From: Desulfovibrionales bacterium
Lineage (GTDB): Bacteria; Desulfobacterota; Desulfovibrionia; Desulfovibrionales; JBKHAV01
DNA length: 64,000 nt
NCBI GenBank assembly: GCA_046542715.1
Contig: JBKHAV010000001.1
Coordinates: 36,684 to 100,683 of the forward strand
Direction of reading: 5' to 3'
Part shown: positions 27,693 through 36,866 of the stretch, in pieces
Position numbering within the stretch: position 1 is the stretch's first letter
How the letters are laid out: each line of letters starts with the position of its first letter
Notes under the pieces: model-generated
What the model was told of the DNA's origin: nothing
Seen by the model: only the letters and a program-made list of their open reading frames with translations
Database searches by the model: none
Made by a program: the position numbers and the translations under genes

Positions 27693-27900
27693 GCAATTAG
27701 AGGCTGAAATCGCCCTTCTCCTTGAGGAGGAAAAGCGGATCGAACAACAGGTCAGGCGCCTGCGCAGTGAAGAGGACACGGCACGCGGAATCGTGCACGC
27801 CGGGGAGATCTTCAAGCTCCAGCAGCAAAAACTGCAGGTGAAGGTCCAAGTGCAGTATCTGCAGAACATGGTTAAACGGCTTGTGTACGCAACTAAGTGA
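27649..27900 (+). CDS. Small coiled-coil hypothetical protein
   Basis: 83 aa with heptad-rich sequence (IEQLEAEIALLLEEEKRIEQQVRRLR). It overlaps the upstream gene by 44 nt and has no clear SD. Confidence 0.4.
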   Translation: MSQNNVNGSNPKTIEQLEAEIALLLEEEKRIEQQVRRLRSEEDTARGIVHAGEIFKLQQQKLQVKVQVQYLQNMVKRLVYATK

Positions 27901-27917
27901 GGTCTTGAGCGGAGTTC

Positions 27918-29384
27918 ATGGTGAAATTTTCCGTTGCCCTCCTGGGAAGTGAAAAAGCGGTAGCCCGCACCCACAGGATACTCACCAGATCCGGAGGATC
28001 TCAGGCCTCCTCCCTGGTCCCTGTCGCCCTGGTCGTCACCGGCGATCAGACCGTGGATCATGATCTTCCCGTGTACAGGGACTGGCGCAGCATGCTCGAC
28101 AACCACACAGTGGACATTCTGTATTCTTTCGAAAACGAGCAGGAGATAAAGGCTGACTTGCGGAGGAATCTTCCTTTGGAGATCGATCTTATCGAGTACC
28201 ACCCTGGGCAAATCCTGAATGCATCCATTCTCAACCAGCAGGTCTTTGTCAAAAAGTCGGAAAATCGCCAGCAGGTTTTGGAAAGCTTTTTGGAAGCACT
28301 CCCCGTCGCCGCCGTCATCTTCGACCGCTTTGGTCACGTGCTGTTCTGGAACGAAGCCTGCTCCAAGCTGACCCATTCCCCTGTGAGCCGGGCTGTTCCC
28401 AGGGAAAGCAAGACCTCGCCCTTTGGTTCTGATGCCCCCATGCTCGGCCAACTCATCCTGGAGACACTGGATCCCAAATCCCTGCTCACGCACTTCGAGG
28501 GACCGGATATCGAGATCAACCCTCTCCACGAAGGCGTCCAGGTTCTTGGATATTTCAGCATCTACGGCTCTCTTCAAGGATATTACCAGATTATTGCCCA
28601 ACGCATTTTCTCAGGAGACGAACTCATTGGTTCGGTGCAGCTCATTCAGGACCTCACCTCCTGGCATCTGCTTCAGGAACAGCTCAAAAATCAGCAGGAA
28701 CAGCTCAAGACCATCATCAGCCATCTGCCCTTTCCGCTTATCCACACCGACGAGCAGGGGCGCGTTCTCTTTGCCAACCAGGCGGCCCGACAATCGGCCC
28801 TGTTTGCGCGGCTGAAGGGAAAAGACACGGCAGAGCCCAAAAATTTCCTCCTTTCCTTTCCTGAACTGAAACGGGAATTCACTCCTCATTTCTTGAGCGA
28901 CATCACCTCCACACCTCCGGAGTTCACACCGCATCTGTCCAAGACTCTGAACATCCACTTGAGCGATCAGGAGTGGGCAGTGACCTGCCTCGCGCTTCCG
29001 GTTCAGGGCAATTCATGGAATCTGATCTGGATTCTGAACAACATCAGTTCCAAAGAGGAGCAGGACAGGCTCAATGCCGCCGTGGCCATTGCCGGAGCCA
29101 TCAGCCACGAGCTTTCCCAGCCGCTGACCGCCATCATCAATTCCGCCCAGTTGCTTGGCAATACCGGATTGGACGACCGGGATCGGATCAAGAGACATGT
29201 TCAGATCATTACTGCAGAAGGAGAGCGGGTTTTGGGCCTGTATCAGAAGCTGCACAACATTTCTCGATTCAAGCTCACGAATTATCTGGACATGCAGATA
29301 TTCGACCTCGAAGAGTCCACCGATCTGAATCTGACCATCCCCCCTTCAACAAGGAGTGAAGACAATGGCCATGAATCTGACTGA
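27918..29384 (+). CDS. PAS-domain sensor with a HisKA (DHp) domain but no HATPase domain
   Basis: 488 aa. The H-box AGAISHELSQPLTAIINSAQLL lies ~85 aa from the C-terminus. No N/G1/G2 boxes follow it. PAS-like segments lie upstream. Confidence 0.7.
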   Translation: MVKFSVALLGSEKAVARTHRILTRSGGSQASSLVPVALVVTGDQTVDHDLPVYRDWRSMLDNHTVDILYSFENEQEIKADLRRNLPLEIDLIEYHPGQILNASILNQQVFVKKSENRQQVLESFLEALPVAAVIFDRFGHVLFWNEACSKLTHSPVSRAVPRESKTSPFGSDAPMLGQLILETLDPKSLLTHFEGPDIEINPLHEGVQVLGYFSIYGSLQGYYQIIAQRIFSGDELIGSVQLIQDLTSWHLLQEQLKNQQEQLKTIISHLPFPLIHTDEQGRVLFANQAARQSALFARLKGKDTAEPKNFLLSFPELKREFTPHFLSDITSTPPEFTPHLSKTLNIHLSDQEWAVTCLALPVQGNSWNLIWILNNISSKEEQDRLNAAVAIAGAISHELSQPLTAIINSAQLLGNTGLDDRDRIKRHVQIITAEGERVLGLYQKLHNISRFKLTNYLDMQIFDLEESTDLNLTIPPSTRSEDNGHESD

Positions 29385-31287
29385 AAAGATCATCACATCC
29401 CACGCCTTGAGCGGAAAGCTCAGCCCCGGCGAAAAAATAGACCTCAGGATCGATCAGACGTTGACCCAGGACGCTACAGGCACCATGGCCTGTCTCCAGT
29501 TCGAGGCGCTCGGCAGGGACCGGGTCCAGACCGAACTTTCCGTCAGCTACGTGGATCACAACACCCTGCAGATGGGGTTTCGCAACCCCGACGACCACCG
29601 CTATCTCCGTTCCCTGGCAAAACGATACGGGATCGTGTTCTCTCCTCCTGGAACCGGGATCTGCCATCAGCTCCACCTGGAAAACTTTGCCAAACCGGGA
29701 ACGACCCTGATCGGTTCCGACAGCCACACCCCGACGGCAGGCGGCGTGGGCTCCTTGGCCATGGGCGCCGGCGGGCTTTCCGTGGCCCTGGCCATGGCCG
29801 GTGAGCCCTACACCATTACCATGCCGGCAGTGGTTCGGGTCTGGCTTGAGGGTGAACTGACCGGTTGGGCCACGGCCAAGGACGTCATCTTGCACCTGCT
29901 CGGCACGCTCACTGTCAAGGGTGGGGTGGGCAAGGTCATGGAGTACGCTGGTCCCGGGGTAAAATCCCTGACCGTGCCCGAACGGGCCATCATCACCAAC
30001 ATGGGTGCGGAACTCGGCGCCACGACATCGATTTTTCCAAGCGATGAACAGACCCGCGAGTTTTTCAGCGCCATGGGCAGGGAACAGGACTATGTCCCCC
30101 TGGCTGCCGACGAAAATGCCTCCTACGCAGACGAGATCCGCATCGACCTGAGTTCTCTGGTTCCCCTGGCTGCCCGGCCGCACATGCCGGACCAGGTCGT
30201 CCCGGTGGCGGAACTTGCCGGCCTCAAGGTCGACCAGGTGGCCATCGGGTCGTGCACGAATTCCTCCTACGCAGACATGAAGAGTGTAGCCATGATCCTG
30301 GCGGGAAAACAGATCGCCCCGCTCACCGACCTGCTCATCTCTCCGGGGTCCAAGCAGGTGCTCCAGCTCCTGGCCCGCGAGGATCTGATCGTCCCCCTCC
30401 TGGATGCCGGGGCCAGACTGCTCGAATGCTCCTGCGGACCCTGCATCGGCATGGGGGGCTCTCCAGTGAGCACAGGAGTCAGTGCCCGGACCTTTAATCG
30501 GAATTTCGAGGGCCGTTCCGGGACCCAGGATGCCCAGGTCTATCTGGTCAGCCCGGTCACTGCAGCCCAGGCGGCACTTGCAGGGGAGTTCACCGACCCG
30601 TCCTCCTGGGGTGAACCGTTTCCCAAACCGGTTCTGCCCGCTTCCGTCCCGGACATCCGGCACCTGTTCGTCTATCCTGCCGAGAATGATGCAGACACTG
30701 TGATCTCCCGGGGACCAAACATCGTCCCTCTGGAACAGTTCGCCCCTCTTCCTGAGGTTCTTGACCTCCCCGTGCTGATCAAGCTGGGGGACAATGTCAC
30801 CACGGATCACATTCTTCCGGGCGGGGCTCAGGTTACGGCTCTGCGCTCCAATGTCCCTGCTATCTCCGAGCACGTTTTCAGCCGGGTGGACACGGAATTT
30901 GTAGCCAGAGCCAGAGCGGCCGGCGAAGGCGTCATCCTGGGCGGCGACAATTACGGCCAAGGCTCGAGCCGGGAGCACGCCGCACTGGCCCCGAGGCATC
31001 TCGGCGTGCGCGCTGTCATCAGCAAGTCTTTTGCCCGGATCCACAGGGACAATTTGGTCAATTTCGGCATTCTCCCCCTGACCCTGGTGGATCCTTCGGT
31101 TTACGACCGGCTGGAACAGGGCATGAGGGTCCAACTCCCGGCCGGCGCGATCCGCTCCAAGCAGCCGGTAACAATAACGGCCGAGTCTGGTGTCTCCTTT
31201 GAGGTGACCAACGATTTGACGGAACTTGAACTGGGAATTATTCATGCGGGCGGACTGCTCAATTTTGTCCGCGAGAAAAACTCGTAA
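29365..31287 (+). CDS. Aconitate hydratase (short, ~640-aa type)
   Basis: Aconitase-family Fe-S ligand motifs IGSCTNSSYADM and CGPCIGMG, plus the swivel-domain motif GDNYGQGSSREHAA. An AAGGAG RBS precedes the ATG at 29365. Confidence 0.88.
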   Translation: MAMNLTEKIITSHALSGKLSPGEKIDLRIDQTLTQDATGTMACLQFEALGRDRVQTELSVSYVDHNTLQMGFRNPDDHRYLRSLAKRYGIVFSPPGTGICHQLHLENFAKPGTTLIGSDSHTPTAGGVGSLAMGAGGLSVALAMAGEPYTITMPAVVRVWLEGELTGWATAKDVILHLLGTLTVKGGVGKVMEYAGPGVKSLTVPERAIITNMGAELGATTSIFPSDEQTREFFSAMGREQDYVPLAADENASYADEIRIDLSSLVPLAARPHMPDQVVPVAELAGLKVDQVAIGSCTNSSYADMKSVAMILAGKQIAPLTDLLISPGSKQVLQLLAREDLIVPLLDAGARLLECSCGPCIGMGGSPVSTGVSARTFNRNFEGRSGTQDAQVYLVSPVTAAQAALAGEFTDPSSWGEPFPKPVLPASVPDIRHLFVYPAENDADTVISRGPNIVPLEQFAPLPEVLDLPVLIKLGDNVTTDHILPGGAQVTALRSNVPAISEHVFSRVDTEFVARARAAGEGVILGGDNYGQGSSREHAALAPRHLGVRAVISKSFARIHRDNLVNFGILPLTLVDPSVYDRLEQGMRVQLPAGAIRSKQPVTITAESGVSFEVTNDLTELELGIIHAGGLLNFVREKNS

Positions 31288-31340
31288 CAACAACCAAGCG
31301 GGACGCGTAAGCGCGTCCTGATCAATCCATCGGAGTGACA

Positions 31341-33227
31341 ATGCTCGATGTTATTCGTCAAAATGCCCAATCCTGGATGGTGAAAGTGCTCTTTGCGCTC
31401 ATTGTCATCGTGTTTGTCTTCTGGGGTGTTGGAAGCTTTCGCAGCGACCCTTCCAAAGTTGTGGCCACGGTGAACGGTTCCAATATTCCCGCCCGGGAAT
31501 TCATGCGGGCGTATGAACGCACACTTGAGGCCATGCGGGATGAAAATCCCGAGCTCTCGACAGCGGACATCCAGCGGTTCAGTGTCAAGCAGAGGGTTTT
31601 GGACCAGATGATCAACTCCATGCTTCTGAAGCAGGTCGCTGCTGAATGGAATATCACGGTCTCCCCTGCCGAACTCACCGCAGCCATCCGAGAAATCCCG
31701 GCATTTCATAACGAGGACAGGGGGTTTGACCCGAACGTCTACGTCTCCGTTCTGCAAGCCAACCAACTCAGCCCCGGACAATTCGAGACGGATTTCCAGC
31801 AGAATATGCTCATGGAAAAGATCAGTGAGTATGTCGAGCTGCCTGCGGCTATCAGTGAGGAGCAGGCCAGAGACTTCTTCGGCTTCGCCCGGGAAGAAGT
31901 GCGCATGGAGTACGCCCTCTTTTCTCTGGACGAGTACACGGACCGGATCACGCCCACCCAGGAACAGATCAAAACCTATTACGACCAGAATCCCGACCAG
32001 TTTGCCGTGCCGGAGCGGATCCGCATCAGCTATCTGACCTTCTCGCCTTCCTCACTGGCCAGACCCGAAGCAGTTTCCCCGGCAGAGGTCGAGAGTTATT
32101 ATGAGCAGAACAAGGAGCTGTTTCGCCGGGAAGAGGAGGTCAAGGCCAGGCACATTCTGATCCAGCTCGACCGGGATGCATCCGAGAAGGAAGCCGAGAC
32201 CGCGCTGGACAAGATCACCAAGCTGAAACTGCAAATCGAAGGCGGCGCCGATTTTGCCGAGGTCGCCAGGGAACATTCCGAGGGACCCAGCAACGTTCAA
32301 GGGGGCGATCTGGGCTGGTTCGGCCGGGGACAGATGGTCAGCGAGTTCGAAGAGGTTGCCTTTTCGCTCCAGACGGACAAGGTGAGCGATCCTGTGCGGA
32401 CCGATTTCGGCTACCACCTCATCCTGGTGGAGGAACGTCGCACCGAAGGCATTCAGAGCCTGGAAGAGGCAGAGGAGCGGATCAGAACGAGGATCGCTGA
32501 AGACAAGGCTTCAGACCGGGTAGCCGATCTCCTTGACCAGGTCCTGGAAAGCGTTGTTTCCGGTCAGAGTCTGGAAACCGCTGCTCAGGCCGCGGACCTT
32601 GAGGTGAGCCGGACCGGATATTTCAATCGAAACGACGGCCCCAGGGAACTGCAACTGCCCTCCGAGACCCTGCAAAACCTTTTCGAGCTTCCCGAAAATA
32701 CAGCCCTGGAGGCCCCGGTACTTCTCGACGAAGGGTATCTGCTGGCCCAGAAGTTGGATACAAAGCCTCGCACCATCCGTCCCCTCGAGGAGGTCACGGC
32801 CAGGATCAGGACCATCTTGAAACAGGACGGTGCCCGGGCCCTGGCCAGAGAAGAGGCCGCAAAAGCCCTTGCTGCACTGAAGTCGGGGGAAACACCCCAG
32901 GAAATTACAGACCAGCTGACGATCAGCGAACCGTTCGGCCGCACCGGTGTTGTCCCGGGTTTGGGCCTCAATCCTGAACTCATCAGTGAACTCTTCGCTG
33001 CTCCCGAGGGCACCTGGCTGAACAACACCTATGAGGTCGATGCCGGATACGTGACCGCCCGGCTTTCAGAGCGGATCGCTCCTTCTGAAGAGGAATGGGA
33101 GCAGCAAAAATCCTTCTGGATTGCAAACCTGCGCCAGGTCAGAGCTCAGGAGCTTTTCAGCTCTTTTATGGAAAACCTGCGCAACAAGGCTGACATTGTC
33201 CTCGTCAATCCGGACATTCTCTCCTGA
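31341..33227 (+). CDS. PpiD-like periplasmic chaperone / parvulin-type peptidyl-prolyl isomerase
   Basis: N-terminal TM anchor, SurA_N-like region, and a parvulin domain (ARHILIQ...GGDLGWFGRGQMVSEFEEVAFSL). Confidence 0.8.
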   Translation: MLDVIRQNAQSWMVKVLFALIVIVFVFWGVGSFRSDPSKVVATVNGSNIPAREFMRAYERTLEAMRDENPELSTADIQRFSVKQRVLDQMINSMLLKQVAAEWNITVSPAELTAAIREIPAFHNEDRGFDPNVYVSVLQANQLSPGQFETDFQQNMLMEKISEYVELPAAISEEQARDFFGFAREEVRMEYALFSLDEYTDRITPTQEQIKTYYDQNPDQFAVPERIRISYLTFSPSSLARPEAVSPAEVESYYEQNKELFRREEEVKARHILIQLDRDASEKEAETALDKITKLKLQIEGGADFAEVAREHSEGPSNVQGGDLGWFGRGQMVSEFEEVAFSLQTDKVSDPVRTDFGYHLILVEERRTEGIQSLEEAEERIRTRIAEDKASDRVADLLDQVLESVVSGQSLETAAQAADLEVSRTGYFNRNDGPRELQLPSETLQNLFELPENTALEAPVLLDEGYLLAQKLDTKPRTIRPLEEVTARIRTILKQDGARALAREEAAKALAALKSGETPQEITDQLTISEPFGRTGVVPGLGLNPELISELFAAPEGTWLNNTYEVDAGYVTARLSERIAPSEEEWEQQKSFWIANLRQVRAQELFSSFMENLRNKADIVLVNPDILS

Positions 33228-33250
33228 CACACACGACACCGCATAACGTA

Positions 33251-33284
33251 GAGCCCCGCCGAACAACCGGTGGGGCTTTTTTTG
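33251..33284 (+). terminator. Rho-independent terminator after the ppiD-like gene
   Basis: AGCCCCGCC-gaacaacc-GGTGGGGCT followed by TTTTTTT. Confidence 0.75.
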
Positions 33285-33323
33285 CCTTTTCCCAACCGTA
33301 CAACTTCCAGAGCAACAACGGGA

Positions 33324-33812
33324 TCAGAGATCCTGCCACTCCACTTGCGGAGGACCGCCCCGGTGCAGATGAAGCCAGGCAAACCCAGGACGATCGTCCC
33401 TGGGAAGGGATAACGACCCGGGATTGATCAGCATCAGCCCCTGGGCGGAAACGCGGTGGCACCGGCGGTGGGTGTGGCCGAAGCAGACCAGATCCGCCTG
33501 ACCATGAAAGATGTCCGCAAGCCGGGATGCCGGATCCGGTCCCATGCCCCAGCCGTGAGCCATGCCGATTGTAACCCCCTCAATCCTCACGGTCCTGCTG
33601 AACGGGAGTATTGAACGGACATTTTGCGGATCCATGTTTCCGGATACCCCGAAAAATCTGGGGTGGGTCATAAACAAGGCAAGCGTCTCCTCACCGGTCA
33701 CATCCCCCAGATGCAGGAGCATTTCCGCTTCCAGCAGGTATCTGTCGAACACATGCAAAAGCGTTTCAGAAGGGCTGGAAAGATGAGTGTCCGAAATGAT
33801 GGCGATGCGCAC
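33324..33812 (-). CDS. YfcE/MJ0936-family metallophosphoesterase
   Basis: Motifs IAIISDTHL, HLGDV, GNMD and GHTH. The start is uncertain: GTG at 33812 or TTG at 33878. Confidence 0.8.
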   Translation of the reverse strand: MRIAIISDTHLSSPSETLLHVFDRYLLEAEMLLHLGDVTGEETLALFMTHPRFFGVSGNMDPQNVRSILPFSRTVRIEGVTIGMAHGWGMGPDPASRLADIFHGQADLVCFGHTHRRCHRVSAQGLMLINPGSLSLPRDDRPGFAWLHLHRGGPPQVEWQDL

Positions 33813-33908
33813 GGCAAGCTCTCTGCGTGAAGGAACCGATCTTTGGGCCTGCAAGCTCCGGATCCAAACCCGGTTCAACCATTGTCCGTGCCGAGACGAG
33901 CAAAAGCT

Positions 33909-34529
33909 TTATCCCAGCCCGTCGGCTCCAACAGCCTCCACTGCAAATTCACATTCGATCCAGAGCGGCTCGCTCCTGCCCTGCATGGCGCTCTCAAAGG
34001 GAGCGGCATGCTTGACCAGGTTGAACACGAAACTCTCGAGCCCCTGGGGACCTGAAACCCGGTTGATGCCGACATTGAGGATCGCGCCTTGAGGGCTCAC
34101 CTCCATGACGAGGAGGACCTTGCCCCAGGAGGGTGGAGAAGCTCCTTCCCACACCCGCTCGATTTCCTCGCGCACCGCCCTGAGAGATTGGTCCAGGGAA
34201 GGATCTGAAATACCTACCCGGACCTTGTCAAAGAGGGGGCGGGCCGCTTCCCCCGTCACAAACGTCAGGGTTGCTGACTGGGGTGTGTTCTCCGGTCCGG
34301 CGATCTTGCGGCGGATTTCATTCAAGTAGGGGGACAGATCCGAAAGCAACTCTATGGACAAGGCCTCTTCTTCCCCTGCTTTTTGATCTCCGGACCAGGC
34401 GTGTACAGTGATATACAAAAAACAGGTATTGAGAATAAACGAAAACACAAGGGCCCAGGCCAAGGGCGCATTCCTGCATTCATTCAAATTCTTGAGAAAA
34501 AACTGACAGTGATTGACCATGGCGCGCAT
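33909..34529 (-). CDS. Membrane-anchored hypothetical protein with a possible TonB-C-like C-terminal domain
   Basis: 206 aa with one N-terminal TM. The C-terminal pattern GKVLLVMEVSPQGAILNVGINRVSGPQGLESFVFNLVKHAAPFE resembles the TonB_C fold signature. This is tentative. Confidence 0.5.
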   Translation of the reverse strand: MRAMVNHCQFFLKNLNECRNAPLAWALVFSFILNTCFLYITVHAWSGDQKAGEEEALSIELLSDLSPYLNEIRRKIAGPENTPQSATLTFVTGEAARPLFDKVRVGISDPSLDQSLRAVREEIERVWEGASPPSWGKVLLVMEVSPQGAILNVGINRVSGPQGLESFVFNLVKHAAPFESAMQGRSEPLWIECEFAVEAVGADGLG

Positions 34530-34660
34530 TGTTCAGATCCTCTCTCGGACAGTGCATGTTCCTTCATCCACCCCGCGGACTCCTGGAACAAAGCCTTAAC
34601 CAATTCCATCCCAAACACCGGAATCAGCGGGTCCTTCATCCTTTCAAGAATAATGCCTGC

Positions 34661-35278
34661 TTACTCGGCCTGCTTGTCCTTGCCGTTCTTCCTGGCCCAC
34701 CAGCAACGGTCCTTTCCCAGAAACCACCAGTCTGTGTGATCGGTACGGGCGATCTGTCTGGCCAGATCCTTTCCGAAATCCGTTCGCAGCCGCTCCAGAG
34801 CGCAGTCCATCCACTTGGCTGCGTAGCGGTTCCCAAGATCGAACTGTTCTTTGAGGTTCAATATGAGGTCGATCTGGTCGGCGTCCTGGGCCAGGGCCGC
34901 TTCCACGCTTTCGACAGCTTCGAGTTCGTGGTGCAGGGCCACGATCCCGTCCAGCCCCGTGCCCTCCACCGCATCCTTCAAAGCGGCTTCACCATCCCCT
35001 GTGTTGTAGATCTTGTTGACGTAATTGAAATCTCCGACCCGGCTCTCGTGCAAATCGTGAAACAGACAGAGCATCACGGTTCGGGCCACGTCCGCGCCGG
35101 TCTTTTCCGCCAGGACATACCCGATGACCGCTGTGCGGAAGGAATGCTCGGCTACGTTCTCCTGCCCGGTTCCCAGAAATTGATATCCCGTGCGGGGCGT
35201 TTTTCTGAGCATGCCGACTTCAAACAGAAAATCAGCCAACCGCTTCCAGTTGATACTTTTTGATTGGTCATCCGTCAT
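34661..35278 (-). CDS. HD-domain phosphohydrolase (YfbR-like)
   Basis: Metal-binding pattern NVAEHSF...LFHDLHESRVGD (H...HD...D). Confidence 0.8.
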   Translation of the reverse strand: MTDDQSKSINWKRLADFLFEVGMLRKTPRTGYQFLGTGQENVAEHSFRTAVIGYVLAEKTGADVARTVMLCLFHDLHESRVGDFNYVNKIYNTGDGEAALKDAVEGTGLDGIVALHHELEAVESVEAALAQDADQIDLILNLKEQFDLGNRYAAKWMDCALERLRTDFGKDLARQIARTDHTDWWFLGKDRCWWARKNGKDKQAE

Positions 35279-35322
35279 GTTTTCCCGTCCTTAAAGCAAA
35301 CGATTACAAGCTTGTGCGATTA

Positions 35323-35351
35323 GAGCAAGCAGGAAACAGCAAGCAACAGGC
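35323..35351. repeat. Left arm of the inverted low-complexity repeat (GCAAGCAGGAAACAGCA...)
   Basis: 35325-35341 is the perfect reverse complement of 35589-35605. Confidence 0.8.
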
Positions 35352-35560
35352 TGGCAGAGAAGAACCGCGAATCTAATGCAGACTCAACGTCGTCTCCTGG
35401 TCTTTCTCTTGCTTCCCATTGCTCAAGAACTGCCGGCTCCTATTATCGTGGTGTGTTTTTATTTGTCCCTGGACCAGCACGCAACAGGCAAGAAAAAACA
35501 TAGCGTGCAGATATGCACTCCCCAGGCATTTTCATCGCGACCACGCGGACGCTCCACTCC

Positions 35561-35610
35561 GCCTGCTTGCTGTTTCCTGTTTCCTGTTTGCTGTTTCCTG
35601 CTTGCGTGCT
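35561..35610. repeat. 7-nt-periodic GTTTCCT/GTTTGCT array (right arm), abutting the argJ stop
   Basis: Sequence gcctgcttgctgtttcctgtttcctgtttgctgtttcctgcttgcgtgct ends at 35610. The argJ stop codon is 35611-35613. Confidence 0.8.
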
Positions 35611-36792
35611 TTACGTCCTGTACTCCGCGTTGATGCGCACGTATTCGTGGGTCAAATCAGAGGTAAGCAGGGTGTAGTGGCCTGTTCCCTCCCGCAGGTC
35701 CACATGGATTTCGATATCCTTGCGGGAGAGATAGACGGCGAAAACCGCATCTCTGTCCATGGCAACGGGGCGGCCATGGCTGAATATCAAAATATTTGCC
35801 AGCCGGATTTGTACCCGGTCCGGATCAAAAGCCGCTCCGCTTCGTCCCAGGGCGGCCACGATTCGGCCCCAGTTCGGGTCCTGACCGAACATTGCCGTCT
35901 TGACCAGGGGTGAGTGGCCGATGGTCCGGGCCGCTCTTTCCGCATCCCGGTCGTCAACGCCACCGGTGACCCTGATGGTCACCACTTTGGTTCCACCCTC
36001 GGCATCCTGGACGATACGATAGGAAAGCTCCCGGCACACCGCGACGAGACCGTGTCTGAGAGACTCCCGGCTCTCCCCTGTGGCGTTCACCCTTGAGGCG
36101 CTGTTTGCCAGCCCGATCACACAGTCGTTCGTGCTGGTGTCGCCGTCAACGGTCACGGCATTGAAGCTTTTGTCCACGGCCTGTGCAATCGTTTCCTGCC
36201 ACCAGGAACGGTCCACATCTGCATCGCACAGCACGAACCCGAGCATGGTCGCCATATTCGGGCAGATCATGCCCGCCCCTTTGGCCATGCCCAGGATGGT
36301 GATCTCGCCATCGACCGTTTGGACCGTGCGCCAGACCATCTTCGGGAATGAGTCCGTGGTCATGATCGCCTTGGCTGCGTCCATGGGTGTTTTTTGCCCG
36401 AGGTTTTGGATCAGTGCCGGAACCGCCCGTTCCCACAGTTCCATCTTGAGGTGATCGCCGATGACACCTGTCGACGCCGGAAGGAGGGAACCCGGCTCAA
36501 CACCTAAAGCTTCCGCTGTCATTTGCAGTGTCCTGCGGCAGTCAGCAATACCTTGCGCCCCGGTGCAGGCATTGGCCTGTCCCGCATTGACGAGAATCCC
36601 CCTGAGTCCGGCACCTTCGGACAGAAGTTCCTTGGCCACGATAACCGGCGCGGCCTGAAACCTGTTGGTAGTGAAAACCGCTGCCCCGGCCGCCTCAACA
36701 TCACTGAACAGGAGGGCAAGATCGTCCCTGTTTGTGTATTTGAAACCCGCTTGCGCTGTGGAAAACCGGTAGCCCTTTGGAATCGCGATCAC
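35611..36792 (-). CDS. argJ: Bifunctional glutamate N-acetyltransferase / amino-acid acetyltransferase ArgJ
   Basis: ArgJ signatures include the autoprocessing region ATMLGFVLCDA. A GTG start at 36792 (VIAIPKGYRF) follows AGGAGA. The ORF-track start at 37035 is rejected. Confidence 0.88.
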   Translation of the reverse strand: MIAIPKGYRFSTAQAGFKYTNRDDLALLFSDVEAAGAAVFTTNRFQAAPVIVAKELLSEGAGLRGILVNAGQANACTGAQGIADCRRTLQMTAEALGVEPGSLLPASTGVIGDHLKMELWERAVPALIQNLGQKTPMDAAKAIMTTDSFPKMVWRTVQTVDGEITILGMAKGAGMICPNMATMLGFVLCDADVDRSWWQETIAQAVDKSFNAVTVDGDTSTNDCVIGLANSASRVNATGESRESLRHGLVAVCRELSYRIVQDAEGGTKVVTIRVTGGVDDRDAERAARTIGHSPLVKTAMFGQDPNWGRIVAALGRSGAAFDPDRVQIRLANILIFSHGRPVAMDRDAVFAVYLSRKDIEIHVDLREGTGHYTLLTSDLTHEYVRINAEYRT

Positions 36793-36866
36793 TTCCGTCT
36801 CCTGCGTATGAAATTGAGGGTGCGCCGGCCGGCTTGCAAACGATCCGGCTGAGGAAGGTTTTTCAT
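36789..36866 (-). CDS. Candidate 25-codon upstream ORF (MKNLPQPDRLQAGRRTLNFIRRRRK) coupled to argJ
   Basis: The ATG is preceded by GAAGGAGAT. The stop TGA overlaps the argJ GTG (GTGA). It ends in four consecutive Arg codons. Confidence 0.25.
   Translation of the reverse strand: MKNLPQPDRLQAGRRTLNFIRRRRK

Noticed and set aside
29275-31341. 688-aa ORF antisense to the aconitase gene
   Set aside because: It is a shadow ORF. The aconitase Fe-S and swivel motifs are on the plus strand.
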